Assembly (NCBI GenBank): GCA_963761885.1
Contig: CAVXIN010000004.1
Span: forward strand, 17,994 to 81,993
DNA: 64,000 nucleotides
Source of the DNA: an uncultured Gemmatimonadales bacterium
GTDB taxonomy: Bacteria > Gemmatimonadota > Gemmatimonadetes > Gemmatimonadales > GWC2-71-9
Direction of reading: 5' to 3'
Shown here: positions 10,758 to 21,800 of the stretch, in pieces
Numbering within the stretch: the stretch's first letter is position 1
How the letters are laid out: the number at the start of each line of letters is the position of its first letter
Program-made: the position numbers and the translations under genes
Notes under the pieces: model-generated
Seen by the model: the letters and a program-made list of their open reading frames with translations, nothing else
Databases searched by the model: none
What the model was told of the DNA's origin: nothing

Positions 10758-12475
10758 ATGACCAATCCTCTCGCGGCCGCAGATTTCTTCGCGCTGGAAG
10801 CCGGCGAGTGTCTCGATCGCCTGGAGACGCTGACGGCCCGCGACACCGCGCCCCCCGCGGAGGATTTTCTGCGCGCGAGCCGCGTGCTGCGCGGGTCCGC
10901 GCTGATGGCTTCGCAGCAGGCCATCGCCCGCGCCGCAGGAGGACTGGAATCGATTGCGCGGGCACTGCGCGACGGTCATCTCACCTGGGACCTCGCCTGC
11001 CGGGAGCGGGTCGCCCAGAGCATCGAGGAGTTTCGCCGGCTGGTGCGCCGGGTCCGGGAGTGGGATGACGGCGATACCGTCCGCGCCGGTCAACTGGCCC
11101 TCTCGCTCGAGACCCTGGCCGGCGGAGCCGGGGGCCCGGCCGAGCGGCGTGCCGATCCAGGCGAGATGAATTCGGGCGTGCGGGCGTTCGTCGGCCGCGA
11201 GGGAGCGCTGATCGCGAGCGCGCTCGACCGGGCCGCCCGGGCGTTGCAGAGCGCGCCGGGCGACCGCGAGCCGCTCTACACCGTCATCCGTCGGATGCAG
11301 TCGCTGCGCGGCCTTGCCGAGCTGGGTGACCTGGTGCCTCTGCCGGAGATTCTCGACGGCATCGAGCTGGCGGTGGGCGACCTCACCCGGCTGTACGCAC
11401 CCCCGCCGGGCGTGCACGAAGTGATGGCGGCGGGTGCCGCCGCGCTCACCCGGCTGTCGCGCGACATCGCCGAGCACGGCCGGCCGGATCCCGACGCGGA
11501 AGAAGCGCGCACGTTCACCGACCTGCTGCTTCGCGCGTTCGCGGTGGAACGCGACGTCGTCCCCATCGAGTCGCTCTTTCACGAGGGCGATCCCCAGCCC
11601 TCCACCCCGCCCGCGGGCCAGCCGGAGTTCCACGCGCCGCCGCCGCTGGGTTCCCTGGAGCTGGTGAGTCACGGCGAGCATCTCTGCCAGAGCGCCGACC
11701 TCATTGCCGCCGCGCGCTCCGCGACCGAGCGGGACCTCCGGCTCTACCATCTCATCGGCGCCCTGCGGGCCGCCGGCACCCCGGGGCCCGATCCCGTCGC
11801 GGGGGCGCTGGCGGTGTTCGCCCGCTCGACCCGGGAAGCCCTGGCGGCCGGAATGGCGGGGCGATCCATCGAGCAGCTGATCGCGAGCCTCAAGTCCGCG
11901 GGGGAACTGCTGCGCTCGGTCGCTGATGCGGCCGACCGGATGCAGGTCTCCCGCCGAATTCTGGATGTCGCCCACCGGCTCGACCAGGCGCGCCCGTCCG
12001 ACGACTCGATGCGGGAGCCGGGAGGCGGCCCGGTCGGGAGCGGCGCGGTCGGGAGTGCGGTCAAGCGAGTCAGGAGCGATGGCGGTCGGCGCCGACGCCG
12101 ATGTGGTGCCCATCGAGTCTCTCCGATTCGACCCGGGCTCGGACCCCGCGGAGCGGATCGTTCCCATCGCGAGCCTGGCCCCTGCCGCAACGATGCCGTC
12201 CGCCGCGCCGTTGAGCTCGCTCGAGGCCAGCTTCCGGACGCTCGAGCGGCTGCAGCGGGAGCGCGGCGGCGCGGCGGCTGCGTCGGTGGCCATCGAAGCC
12301 GAGCCGGTCGCCATCGACTCCTTGTGTTACCGCGGGCGGCTCCGCCCTGGAGCGGGCCGCAATTGTCCGCCAGTCGCTGAAGGTGGAGCTCGCCTCGGTC
12401 GCCGACCTGGCCACGATCCAGCCCCTGCTGCAGGAGCTCCTCGACCTGGTGCCGCTCGCGCTTGACGAGTCCTGA
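10758..12475 (+). CDS. Multi-Hpt-like helical protein lacking the phosphoacceptor His (indels near 12070 and 12340)
   Basis: DFFALEAGECLDRLE...RASRVLRGSA Hpt-like pattern. The C-terminus continues in other frames to LLQELLDLVPLALDES* (TGA 12473-12475). Confidence 0.65.
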
Positions 12476-13500
12476 GCCGGCCTCCGCCCCGATCGCGCGC
12501 AAACAGGTGGTCGCCGGGGCGATCGGTGCCGCGGTCTCGCTCGCCTTGCTGCTCTGGGCGTTTCGCGGCGTTCACATCGGGGAGGTCTTCCGCCAGATCC
12601 GCGAGGCCGATCCCTGGCCCCTCGCACTCGGCGTGGTGCTCGCCTCGATCACCTTTCCCATCCGATTGATTCGCTGGCGGCTGCTGCTGCGCGAGGAGTC
12701 GGGCGCCGCGCTGAGGCCGTGGCCGCTCTGGCACGCCACGGCGATCGGCTTCATGGCCAACAACATCCTGCCCTTCCGCGCGGGCGAGCTGGTGCGCGTC
12801 TTCGCGGCCACCAAGCTTTCCGGCGTGCGCTTCACCGCCGCCATGTCCTCGGTCGCGGTGGAGCGGGTCTTCGACGGGCTCGCCGTCATCGGCCTGCTGG
12901 CTGCGGGATTGCTCATGTCCGACTTGCCCGCCGGCGTCGTCGTGGGCGGGGTGTCGCTGGCGCGCGGCGCCCAGATGGCCGGCCTGCTGTCACTCGCCGC
13001 ATTGATCGCCGCCGGCGCGGTCGTCGCGTTTCCACTGGCGGCGGAGCGAGCGGTGCGCGGCGTGCTCCCGGCCGGAGGGCTCACCGATCGACTGGTCGGC
13101 ATGATCGACGGCATCCGCCACGGCCTGGCATCGCTCCGGTCGCCCGCCCTCCTGCTCGGCGTGATCTTCTGGTCCGTCGACGCTGTGGGCCGTGAACGCG
13201 ATGGCGATGTGGGTGAGCTTTGCGGCGTTCGATATCCCGGTCAATTACGGTGGCGCGCTGGTGCTTCAGGGGGTGCTCGTAATCGGAATATCGGTCCAGC
13301 TGACTCCGGGATTCGTCGGCCAGTTCGAGGCGGCGGTGGTCGCCGCGCTGGCGCTGTACGGAATTCCCAACGATGTGGCCTCTTCCTATGCCGTCGCCTT
13401 TCACGGCGCCACGTTCATTCCGATCACCCTCGCCGGTGCCTGGTCCCTCGCCCGCACTCCCGTGGCCCTGAGCGACCTGCGCGGCATCCAGCGATCGTGA
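12462..13500 (+). CDS. UPF0104 / lysylphosphatidylglycerol-synthase TM-domain (flippase-like) protein (indel near 13180)
   Basis: IRLIRWRLLL, IGFMANNILPFRAGELVR, SVAVERVFD; C-terminal half in frame 13192..13500 (TPGFVGQFEA). Confidence 0.85.
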
Positions 13501-14390
13501 CCGACACCGCGGTCGCCGTCAGGGCGCACGCCAAGATCAACCTCCTGCTGCGCGTGCTGGGCCGCGAGACGGATGGCTACCACGGGCTGGAGACGCTCTT
13601 CTGCCTGGTGAGCCTGGCCGACGAGCTGCGAGCCGAGCGCCTCGAGGGGCGCGGCGTCGCGATCGAGGTGGAGGGGGCGGAGGTCGGACCCGCCGCGGAG
13701 AACCTCGCCGTGCGCGCGGCGACGGCGGTGCTCGCCGCAACCGGGGACCGGTTCGGCGTACAGCTGCGATTGACGAAGCGCATCCCGGTGCGCGCGGGCC
13801 TGGGCGGCGGCTCCAGCGATGCGGCGGCGGCGCTTCTCGCGGTCAATCGCCTCGCGGCCAACGCGGTTCCCCGCCATGAGCTGCTGCAGTTCGCCGCCCG
13901 GCTCGGCGCCGACGTCCCGTTCTTCCTCTCCGGCGCGAGCCTTGCACTCGGGTGGGGCCATGGCGACCGGCTGCTCCGGCTCCCCGCCCTGCCCTCCGCG
14001 CCGGCGCTCCTGCTCACCCCGCCCATCGCCATCGCCACGGCGGACGCGTACGCGTGGGTGGATGAGGCTCGGGTCTCGACGGGACGTCGCGGAGCGGTCG
14101 CGCTGGACCTCGACGCGCTCTCGACCTGGGGAGACATCGGCCGCATGGCCGGGAATGACTTCGAGTCGGTGGTGTTCGGGCGTCATCCGGCCGTGCGCGC
14201 GGCCTTCGAGGCATTGGCGGGCACACGGCCGCTGGTCTGTCGGATGAGTGGATCGGGCTCGACGCTGTTCGCCGTCTACCGCTCGGAGCGAGACCGGGAG
14301 GATGCCCGCATGATGCTCGGCCGGAAGCACGGGACCGTCACCGCCGTCGAGACCCTCGCGGGGCCGCCGGCCGGCGCGGAGCCGATATAG
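13497..14390 (+). CDS. ispE: 4-diphosphocytidyl-2-C-methyl-D-erythritol kinase
   Basis: AHAKINLLLRV, KRIPVRAGLGGGSSDAAA, LGADVPFF, MSGSGST; GTGA overlap with the upstream stop. Confidence 0.95.
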   Translation: MTDTAVAVRAHAKINLLLRVLGRETDGYHGLETLFCLVSLADELRAERLEGRGVAIEVEGAEVGPAAENLAVRAATAVLAATGDRFGVQLRLTKRIPVRAGLGGGSSDAAAALLAVNRLAANAVPRHELLQFAARLGADVPFFLSGASLALGWGHGDRLLRLPALPSAPALLLTPPIAIATADAYAWVDEARVSTGRRGAVALDLDALSTWGDIGRMAGNDFESVVFGRHPAVRAAFEALAGTRPLVCRMSGSGSTLFAVYRSERDREDARMMLGRKHGTVTAVETLAGPPAGAEPI

Positions 14391-14403
14391 ATTTTTGGCG
14401 CGG

Positions 14404-14474
14404 TGGCCCTTCGTCCAATGGCAGGACAGCGGACTTTGGATCCGTTAATGGAGGTTCGAATCCTCCAGGGCCAA
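14404..14474 (+). tRNA. tRNA-Gln(TTG); CCA not encoded
   Basis: Acceptor stem TGGCCCT/AGGGCCA, D arm GTCC-aatggca-GGAC, anticodon arm GCGGA-ctTTGga-TCCGT, T arm GGAGG-TTCGAAT-CCTCC. Confidence 0.97.
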
Positions 14475-14494
14475 TTCGACACCTCTGGACGGCT

Positions 14495-16909
14495 TCATCC
14501 AATCGCGCCCGGGGGCATGCCGATGCGCCGCAGGAGGTCCTTAAAGCGGGGGTCGGGCCGCAGCGCGTCGAAGCGCGGGTCTGTCGCCAGGAAAACCACC
14601 CCGTACGCACGCTCCGCAAAGCCCCTCTCGAGCCATTCAAAGGCTCGATTGCGTTCGCCCAGACCCGCATAGATCAGGGCAATGTCGACTGGGGAGATGT
14701 ACTCGCGTTGAGCGCGAGCCTCGAGCTCCGCGAGGATGCTGCGCGCCTGCCCACTGTGCCCGGCAACAGCGTACGCGTGGCCCAGCGCCGCTGAATAGAC
14801 CGGGATGGGCCCTGCTCGCCTGATGGTTTCCTCGAACTCCCGAATTGCCTCGGACAAGCGCGCCGTCTGCTCATAGGCCATGCCCAGCCAGTAATGCGCG
14901 CGGCTGAAGGTGGAGTCGATTTCGAGCGCCCGCTTCGCTTGCGTGATCGCCTCCGCGTATCGGCGGGCATTATAGTAGGGCCTCGCGGCGGCGGCCTGCC
15001 CGAGCAGAGATAGAGGGTCGAGCTCTGCCTGCAACCTGGCCTCGGCGATGGCCTCAGAGGGGCGATTCATCACCGCCAAAAAGTTGCCGTAGCCGCCGTG
15101 AGCCCCGGCGGAGCGGGGGTCGAGCGCAATGGCGCGACGGTAGTTCCGATCCGCGGCCGCAAAGTCCCATGAGTAGAACTGGTGGAATCTCCCGAGCACC
15201 GAATAGGCCACCGCCGAGGCGGAGTCGATCTCGAGCGCCTGGAGCGCCGCCGCCCGCGCCTTGGGAAAGGTCTCCTCCGGCGTCCCGAGGGTGTAGTAGC
15301 CAAGTTCGGCGTAGCAGTTTGCGAGCCCGGCATAGGCAGCGGCATAGAAGGGCTCCGCGTCGATCGCCTGCTGGAAATAGCCGATCGCCCTACGGAAGTC
15401 CGCCCCGCTGACCTTGCCCCGAAAGTAGACGCCCCGCACGTACGCCTCGTACGCCTCGGGATTGATCGGCCGCTTCGCCGCGCCGAGGCGAGCACTGTCC
15501 CGTGAGCTCATGGAGACCCGGAGCGTGTCCGCGACCGCGCGCACCACCGAATCCTGCAGGTTGAGGATGTCCAGGAGCTGGCCGGCGTAGCTCCTGGCCC
15601 AAATGGCCTGACCGGTGGTCGCGGAGTTGATCTGGGCCGCGATCCGCACTTCCTGTCCCACCCGTTGCAGCGAGCCCGCCAGGACAGCATCAATATCAAT
15701 CCCGCGGTCGCGGGCCAACTCGAGGTCTGCACGCTCGTCGCGCAGCCTGATCACCTTGAGCGCCCCAATCTGCGCCAGCCCCGTGATCACCTGGTCTGTG
15801 ATGCCCTGGGTCAGGTACAGCTGGGTCGAGTCGCCAGTGAGGTTGACGAACGGTGCTACCGCCAACGAACGGATCGACTGCTCGGCGACCGAAAATTCCA
15901 GGCGTTTCCTCGAGCTGACGGCAAGGACGGTCGTGATCAGTCCGATCCCAACGATTCCCGCCATAGCCCAGCCAATGAGCCTCCGCCGACGATGTACCCC
16001 CGACAGCGACGTGACAGTGGTGGTCGCGACGGTCGCCGGACCTGTGACTGCTTGGGTCAGGGCCAGCGCAAACTCGGCCGCGGTGGCGAACCGGTCGGCC
16101 GGACACTTCGCCAGGGCGCGGGTGATTGCCTGCTCCACTCCCGCCGGAACGGTCCCGCGGACCGTTCGCAGGCTCGGTACGGGGTCCACGGCATGACGTG
16201 CCAGAATGGATTGGCCGGTCGAGCCCTGGAAGGGCGGTGTCCCGGCCAACATCTCGTAGAGCACACAGCCCAGCGCGTACTGATCGGCCCGCCCGTCCAG
16301 GGAATCTCCGGTGGCCTGCTCCGGGCTCATGTAACAGGGTGTCCCAAGCGCGAGGCCGGTCTCCGTCAGCTTTTCACCGCCCACCGAGTTGAGCGCCTTG
16401 GCGATGCCGAAGTCCGCGACCATCGCGTGTCCGCCCGACAATAGGATGTTCTCCGGTTTGATATCCCGGTGCACCACGTTGTGGGTGTGGGCATAGCCCA
16501 GCGCATCTGCGACCTCACGCGCAATCGTTAGTGCCTGATCCAGTGGAAGCTGGCGCTCGCGGTCCAGCCGATCCCTGAGAGACTCCCCCTCCACGTAGGG
16601 CATGGCGTAGAAAAGCAGGCCCGGGCCTATACCATGTTCCGAGGGTATTTCACCCGAATCGAGCAAGCCGAGGATGTGGGGGTGCTGCAGGGTGGCGGAG
16701 GTCTTTATCTCCAATAGGAAACGCTCCCCGCCGAGGGCAGCCGAAACCTCGGGCCGCAGCACTTTCAGCGCAACGCGGCGCTGATGCCTGAGGTCCGTCG
16801 CGAGGTAGACCGTGGCCATCCCTCCCCGACCGAGCTCGCGCTCAATCAGGTAACGACTGCCCAACCCGGTCTGCAGACGATTGACCAGGCTCAAGAGTGG
16901 GCTCCCCAT
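14495..16909 (-). CDS. Hanks Ser/Thr kinase with TM, TolB-N-like and TPR domains
   Basis: LGRGGMATV, VALK, HRDIKPEN, ADFG, GTPCYMSPEQ; TM LIGWAMAGIVGIGLITTVLAV; SLAVAPFVNL; TPRs ending DPRFDALRPDPRF. Confidence 0.93.
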   Translation of the reverse strand: MGSPLLSLVNRLQTGLGSRYLIERELGRGGMATVYLATDLRHQRRVALKVLRPEVSAALGGERFLLEIKTSATLQHPHILGLLDSGEIPSEHGIGPGLLFYAMPYVEGESLRDRLDRERQLPLDQALTIAREVADALGYAHTHNVVHRDIKPENILLSGGHAMVADFGIAKALNSVGGEKLTETGLALGTPCYMSPEQATGDSLDGRADQYALGCVLYEMLAGTPPFQGSTGQSILARHAVDPVPSLRTVRGTVPAGVEQAITRALAKCPADRFATAAEFALALTQAVTGPATVATTTVTSLSGVHRRRRLIGWAMAGIVGIGLITTVLAVSSRKRLEFSVAEQSIRSLAVAPFVNLTGDSTQLYLTQGITDQVITGLAQIGALKVIRLRDERADLELARDRGIDIDAVLAGSLQRVGQEVRIAAQINSATTGQAIWARSYAGQLLDILNLQDSVVRAVADTLRVSMSSRDSARLGAAKRPINPEAYEAYVRGVYFRGKVSGADFRRAIGYFQQAIDAEPFYAAAYAGLANCYAELGYYTLGTPEETFPKARAAALQALEIDSASAVAYSVLGRFHQFYSWDFAAADRNYRRAIALDPRSAGAHGGYGNFLAVMNRPSEAIAEARLQAELDPLSLLGQAAAARPYYNARRYAEAITQAKRALEIDSTFSRAHYWLGMAYEQTARLSEAIREFEETIRRAGPIPVYSAALGHAYAVAGHSGQARSILAELEARAQREYISPVDIALIYAGLGERNRAFEWLERGFAERAYGVVFLATDPRFDALRPDPRFKDLLRRIGMPPGAIG

Positions 16910-17011
16910 GTCAATGCGAGCCGGCCCGGCAGGATAGCCGGAGATTCGGAATGGATATGTGTCAGGGAATGTAGCGTAGGCTGGTCGCCAAGTTCGGTCC
17001 GTCAACGCTGA

Positions 17012-17422
17012 CGAGGGCCGTCGGGGTCGCACGGTCTGCACTGGGTCCTAGACATCCCCCGCCAGGACCTGCTGCTCACGCTTCCGCCGAGCGCCTTCGA
17101 CGACGATCGGGCGAGCTGCGTGTTGCATGCGTGCCGAGGACTCGCCTTCGCACATCTCGGGCGGACAGCGGAAGCGATCGCGGAGGGCCGCCGTGGGTTG
17201 GAGCTCACCCCGCTCGGCCGCGATGCGTTGTCGCACGCGGCGGCGCAGCATCGGCTCGCGCGCATCTACCTGCTGGTCGGTGAGCCCGAACGGGCGCTGG
17301 ACGAACTGGAGGCGTTACTCAAGCTGTCCTACAATTTCACCCCTCCCTGGCTGCGGATCGATCCCACCGTCGCCCCGCTCAAGGGGAATCCACGGCTCGA
17401 GAAGATGATCGCGGGGCGATAA
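17012..17422 (+). pseudogene. C-terminal TPR remnant of a kinase/TolB-TPR protein
   Basis: The frame after TGA 17009-17011 reads LHWVLDIPRQDLLLTLPPSAFDDDR...GLAFAHLGRTAEAIAEG...WLRIDPTVAPLKGNPRLE, the typical tail of this kinase family, with no kinase domain. Family-like sequence begins upstream of the first start codon (GTG 17120). Confidence 0.65.
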
Positions 17423-17584
17423 CCGCCGCGCTCCCCCTGTACTCCAGGCTCCAACCATCCTTGCCGTGCCCCGTTTCGGGCCCTAGACTAGACGGCCATC
17501 CCCAGTGTGGCCCTGGTCCTCAGCCAATCGAGTGTGACTCCCAATCCCGACCGAGCCCCCCAACGCTCACCGGAGGCCTTCCTC

Positions 17585-18775
17585 ATGAAGCGGAAGCTCT
17601 TTCTCGGTTCGTGCCTGCTCTTCGTCCTCGCCACAGTCGCGTGTCAGGACCAGCGGACCGAGCCCTCGTCCCCGGCATCCACGGCGCTCGCCGAGCTCAG
17701 CAAGCGGTCGTCGCCGGTCGCCCACCTGAAGCAGCGGAAGGGAACGCTCAGGCTTCCCTCATCGGCGTGGGCGGCGGACCTGCGGGTCCCGAGAGCGACT
17801 CGCAACGTCATTGATCCAGGCGATCACGTCTGTGACCCCAATCCTTCGCCGGTCGTCAGCATTTTCGTCAATGAGTTCGTGGAATTCGCCACGGAAGAGC
17901 CGGCGATCTTCGACCTGCTCTATAACCAGGTCTGGGCCGACCTTATCCCGGGGTGGGAAGCCCAGTTTCTCCTCACCGATGACTCGAATCAGTCGTTCGG
18001 CTACACCGGGGAGTTCACCCATGTTCTCCTGAAGACCGAGCGGGATACCAAGCGGTTCTGGGACATTCCCTCGGACGACATCCTGTTGCTGGCGATGAAG
18101 GGCACCATGCTGAACGACCCCGAGCGGGTCGCGACGACGTATCAGCTTCCCTTCATCCCTCCGTTCTTCGGGCTTTCCGAGGCGGACGCGAATTTCGTCG
18201 CCTCGCTGGTGCGGCAGGCGATGCTCGATTCCGAGGTCCTCGACGGCGGCAACCACACGCTGTTCAGCTTCAACGCGTTCGCGTTCGGCTCATCGGACGG
18301 CTCGATCCAGGATCGGATCGTCATGGGCGACGGCATCATGGAGGCGTACCGGGCGGTGGGATTCGGCGATGTGGCGCCCCAGGCGATCTACGCCCACGAG
18401 TTCGCGCATCACATCCAGTTCGAGAACGAGTACTTCAACGATCCGGTCGAGGGCGCCACTACCGAGGCGGAGCTGACCCGGTACACCGAGCTGATGGCCG
18501 ACGCGATGTCCGCCTACTACCTCACGCACAAGCGGGGCGCGACCATGAACAGGAAGCGCGTCGCCCAGTTCCTGCGGGTGTTCTTCGAGATCGGTGACTG
18601 TGCCTTCGACAATCCCGGGCACCACGGCACGCCGAACCAGCGGATGCGCGCGGCCCAGTTCGGCTTCGACGTGGCCGACCAGGCGCAGAAGCAGGGACAC
18701 ATCCTGACGTCCGAGCAGTTCCACGATCTCTTCGTGGCGGCCTACGGCAGCCTCATCGCTCCCGACGCCACCTGA
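17585..18775 (+). CDS. Zincin metallopeptidase lipoprotein (YpfJ-like neutral zinc peptidase motifs)
   Basis: Lipobox ATVAC; AHEFAHH (HExxH), ELMADAMS (third ligand E), HHGTPNQRMRA; GGAGG upstream of ATG 17585. Confidence 0.8.
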   Translation: MKRKLFLGSCLLFVLATVACQDQRTEPSSPASTALAELSKRSSPVAHLKQRKGTLRLPSSAWAADLRVPRATRNVIDPGDHVCDPNPSPVVSIFVNEFVEFATEEPAIFDLLYNQVWADLIPGWEAQFLLTDDSNQSFGYTGEFTHVLLKTERDTKRFWDIPSDDILLLAMKGTMLNDPERVATTYQLPFIPPFFGLSEADANFVASLVRQAMLDSEVLDGGNHTLFSFNAFAFGSSDGSIQDRIVMGDGIMEAYRAVGFGDVAPQAIYAHEFAHHIQFENEYFNDPVEGATTEAELTRYTELMADAMSAYYLTHKRGATMNRKRVAQFLRVFFEIGDCAFDNPGHHGTPNQRMRAAQFGFDVADQAQKQGHILTSEQFHDLFVAAYGSLIAPDAT

Positions 18776-18790
18776 GTCCGAGGCACCAGA

Positions 18791-18816
18791 GGCGCGGTTC
18801 CACCCGGAACCGCGCC
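18791..18816. terminator. Perfect 11-bp hairpin between convergent genes
   Basis: GGCGCGGTTCC-accc-GGAACCGCGCC; no U-tract. Confidence 0.55.
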
Positions 18817-18835
18817 CGTCCAGGACCCTCCCGCC

Positions 18836-21800
18836 TCAGTTCGACAGCGTGATGGACCGCTCCGGCGAGCAGGCCGTCGTGCTCCCGACCTGACAGATCT
18901 TCACCCGCCATGTTGCCGTGCCGACGAAATTCGTCGTGGTGGTGTGCCGGCCGTCATTCGGCGTGCTGTTGATCCGCACGCCGTTGCGGTAGAAGTCCAC
19001 GTTGGTTCCCGTGGCCCCCGACCAGAGGTGGGTGATGTAGTGCTTGGTGGCGTCGGTCTTCCCGGTGATCGACAGGGTGATCGAGCCCGACGGCGCCGAG
19101 GTGACCGTCACCGAACTCGTGCGCTGATGCTGCGCCGCCGAGATTGTCGGTCACGGTGAGAACCACCGTGTAGGTCCCCGCCGCGGCGTAGGTACGGCTC
19201 GGGTTCTGCGCCGTGGAGGTGGCGCCGTCGCCGAACGTCCAGCTCCAGGCCGTGACGGACCCGTCCTGATCCGTGCTCTGGTCCGTGAAGGCGCAGGCGA
19301 GGTTGGTGCAGCTCACGGCGAAGTTGGCGACCGGATTCATGTTGGGTGGAGGGCCGCCAGGGGTGATCTGCTTGCTGAGCGTGGCCTGCAGCCCGTCGTC
19401 GTCGGTCACCGTGAGGGCGACGAGATACAGACCTTCGCTGGCGTAGGTGTGCGACGGATTCTGCTCATCGGCCGAGGTCTGATCCCCGAAGTCCCAGTGC
19501 CATGCGGCCACGTTGCCGTCCGGATCCTGACTCCCATCCGTGAAGCTGCAGTCCAGCCCGTCGCACACGCTGGTGAATGCGGCACTGGGCGGCTGGTCTT
19601 CCGGCTCGCCGAGCGTCACCTTGCGCGTGGCCGAGCCGCGGGCGCCGAGATTATCGGTGACCGACAGAGTGACCGAGAACTCCCCGCCCGCGCCGTAGGT
19701 GTGCGATGGATTCCGCAGTGTCGAGGTGGAGCCGTCCCCGAAATCCCATTGCCATCCGGTCACGGTGCCGTCCGGATCCGCGCTTCCATCGGCGAACCGG
19801 CAGGTGCTGCCGGCGCAGGTCGGCGTGAACGCCGCGTTGGGCGACGAGTTGTCAGGAGGCGCGCCCCCGGCGAACGTCGCCGTCGCCGGGTTGGAGCAGA
19901 TGGTGGTCCCCGCCTCGCAGACCTTGAAGATGTAGGTAGCCGGCCCGGTGAAGTTCCTGGAGATGGATTGCTTGCCGTCGTTCGGGGTGCTCTGCAGCAC
20001 CAGCCCGTTCCGATAGATGTAGACCGACTGTCCCAGCGCTCTCGACCAGGTCAGCGCGGTGACTTGCTTGTCCCCCTGGGTCTTCGTGGTCAGCGTGAGG
20101 CCCAGCGGGTACTGCGGTCCCGGCACCGTCACCTGTCGTGAGAGCGTCGCGGACGCGTCGTCGCCGTCCTTGGCGGTCAAGGTGACCGTGTAGGTACCGC
20201 CCGCCGTGTACGCGTGGTGCGGATCGCGCGCCGACGTGCCGTCGCCATCGCCGAAGGTCCATTGCCAGCCGCTGAGATTCCCGTCCGGATCGCTGCTCTT
20301 GTCCGCGAAGGTGCAGTTCATCCCACCGCACCCGACGAGAAACGCGGGCACCGGTGGCGCGTTGGGCCCCGGACCCGGGTCGGAGGTGGCGCTGACTTTC
20401 ACGATCCTGCCGACGGACGGCACGCCGGACTGATTGACCAGAAACAGCATGTAGTGTCCCGGGGGCGCGCGAGTCCCCCCGCCGGCGCCGAGATCGTGAG
20501 ACCGCCGGCATCCCGCGTGAACGTCAGCCACACCAGGCGCGTGTTCATGTCGAAGGCATGAGTCACCGAGCCCAGTCGGATGAGACTTACCTTCGCGATG
20601 TCCGCGGCATCGGGAGTCTCCACCCGGAAGTCGGTGCCGTAGCCGAGCTGGGTCGGCGCGTCCGTCACGGTCGGACGCAGTCCGCGCGAGAGATACGGCG
20701 GAGAGAACAGCTCGGCGCTGAACTCGTTCACCTGCCCCGCCGCGTCCCCGCTGCCCGCGTGAAGCACACGGCCGTCCGGCAGGAGCAGTGAGGTCGAGTG
20801 ATATGCGCGGCTGACCGCGTTGCTCGCCAGCGTGGTCCAGATGCCGGTCAGCGGGTTCCAGATCTCCGCCGCCCGGACGGCCTGCGAGACGTCGTTCTGG
20901 ATGGCGGATCTGGTTCCCCCCGTGACCAGCACCTCACCCGTCGGCAACAGCGTGGCGTTGTGGTTCCTCCGTGGGAAAGCCATGGAGCCGGTCCACCGCC
21001 AGGTCGGCCCGGCGGTGTTGAGGTCGATGACCTCGGCCGTGTTGGTGGTGCGCCCGCCGCCGGCGTAGAGGATCTTCCCCGCCTCGTACATCACCGCGGT
21101 GCCGTAGGATCGCGCTCCATACAGGCGCTCCCCGACCGTAGTCCACGACCCGTTGCCCGACGTGTTCAGATAGCGTGTAGTCTGCTGCTCCCCCGCGTAG
21201 AACACCTGTCCGTTGGGCGCGACGAACGTGCGGGGGTAATACGGAAGAACCAGGCTTGCGCTGTTGAGCTGGCGGATCCCGCTGGGAGACCACACCTCGG
21301 GTTCCGCTACCTCATCCCCCACTTCGTCGCGGCCGGCGAGAATGACGACCGAGCCGTTCGCCAGAGTGGTGTTGGTGGGATACCAGCGACCGCGCCGCAT
21401 CGGCGCGGACTGGGTCCAGCCGCCCGTAGCGGGCGAAAAGATGCTGATGTCAGGGATCCCGTGGTCAGCGGAGATGTGCCCTCCCGAGACCATCAGGCGG
21501 CCGTCCGAGAGGAGCGAGTGACCCGAGCAGAAGAGCTTGGCCTGGCTGGGAACCTGGGTGAACTCGCCGGTGCCGGGATCCCAGATCTGCGGCACGCCGG
21601 TGAGTCCCCACGCGAGGATTCGCCCGTCGGGCATCAGGCTCGCGTGAAGGGCGACGATAGGCCAGGAAAACGGTGCGGACCATTCGCCCGACTCGGCCGC
21701 CGTCGCCGATGCGAGATTCGCCGCCGCATGGGCACCACACGGTCGCTTGAGGTTGCGGCGAAAGGCGACCCGCTGGTCGTCCCGGTACAGCTCCACCGTT

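Noticed and set aside
12462..14390. Apparent UPF0104-IspE fusion ORF (642 aa)
   Set aside because: An indel near 13180 shifts the membrane protein into the ispE frame; its true C-terminus is in 13192..13500 and ispE has its own GTG.
19100..20300. Recurring DNA repeats suggesting a CRISPR or repeat array (also 41160-41800)
   Set aside because: They are degenerate coding repeats (PKD, PD40) with no identical repeat-spacer structure and no cas genes.
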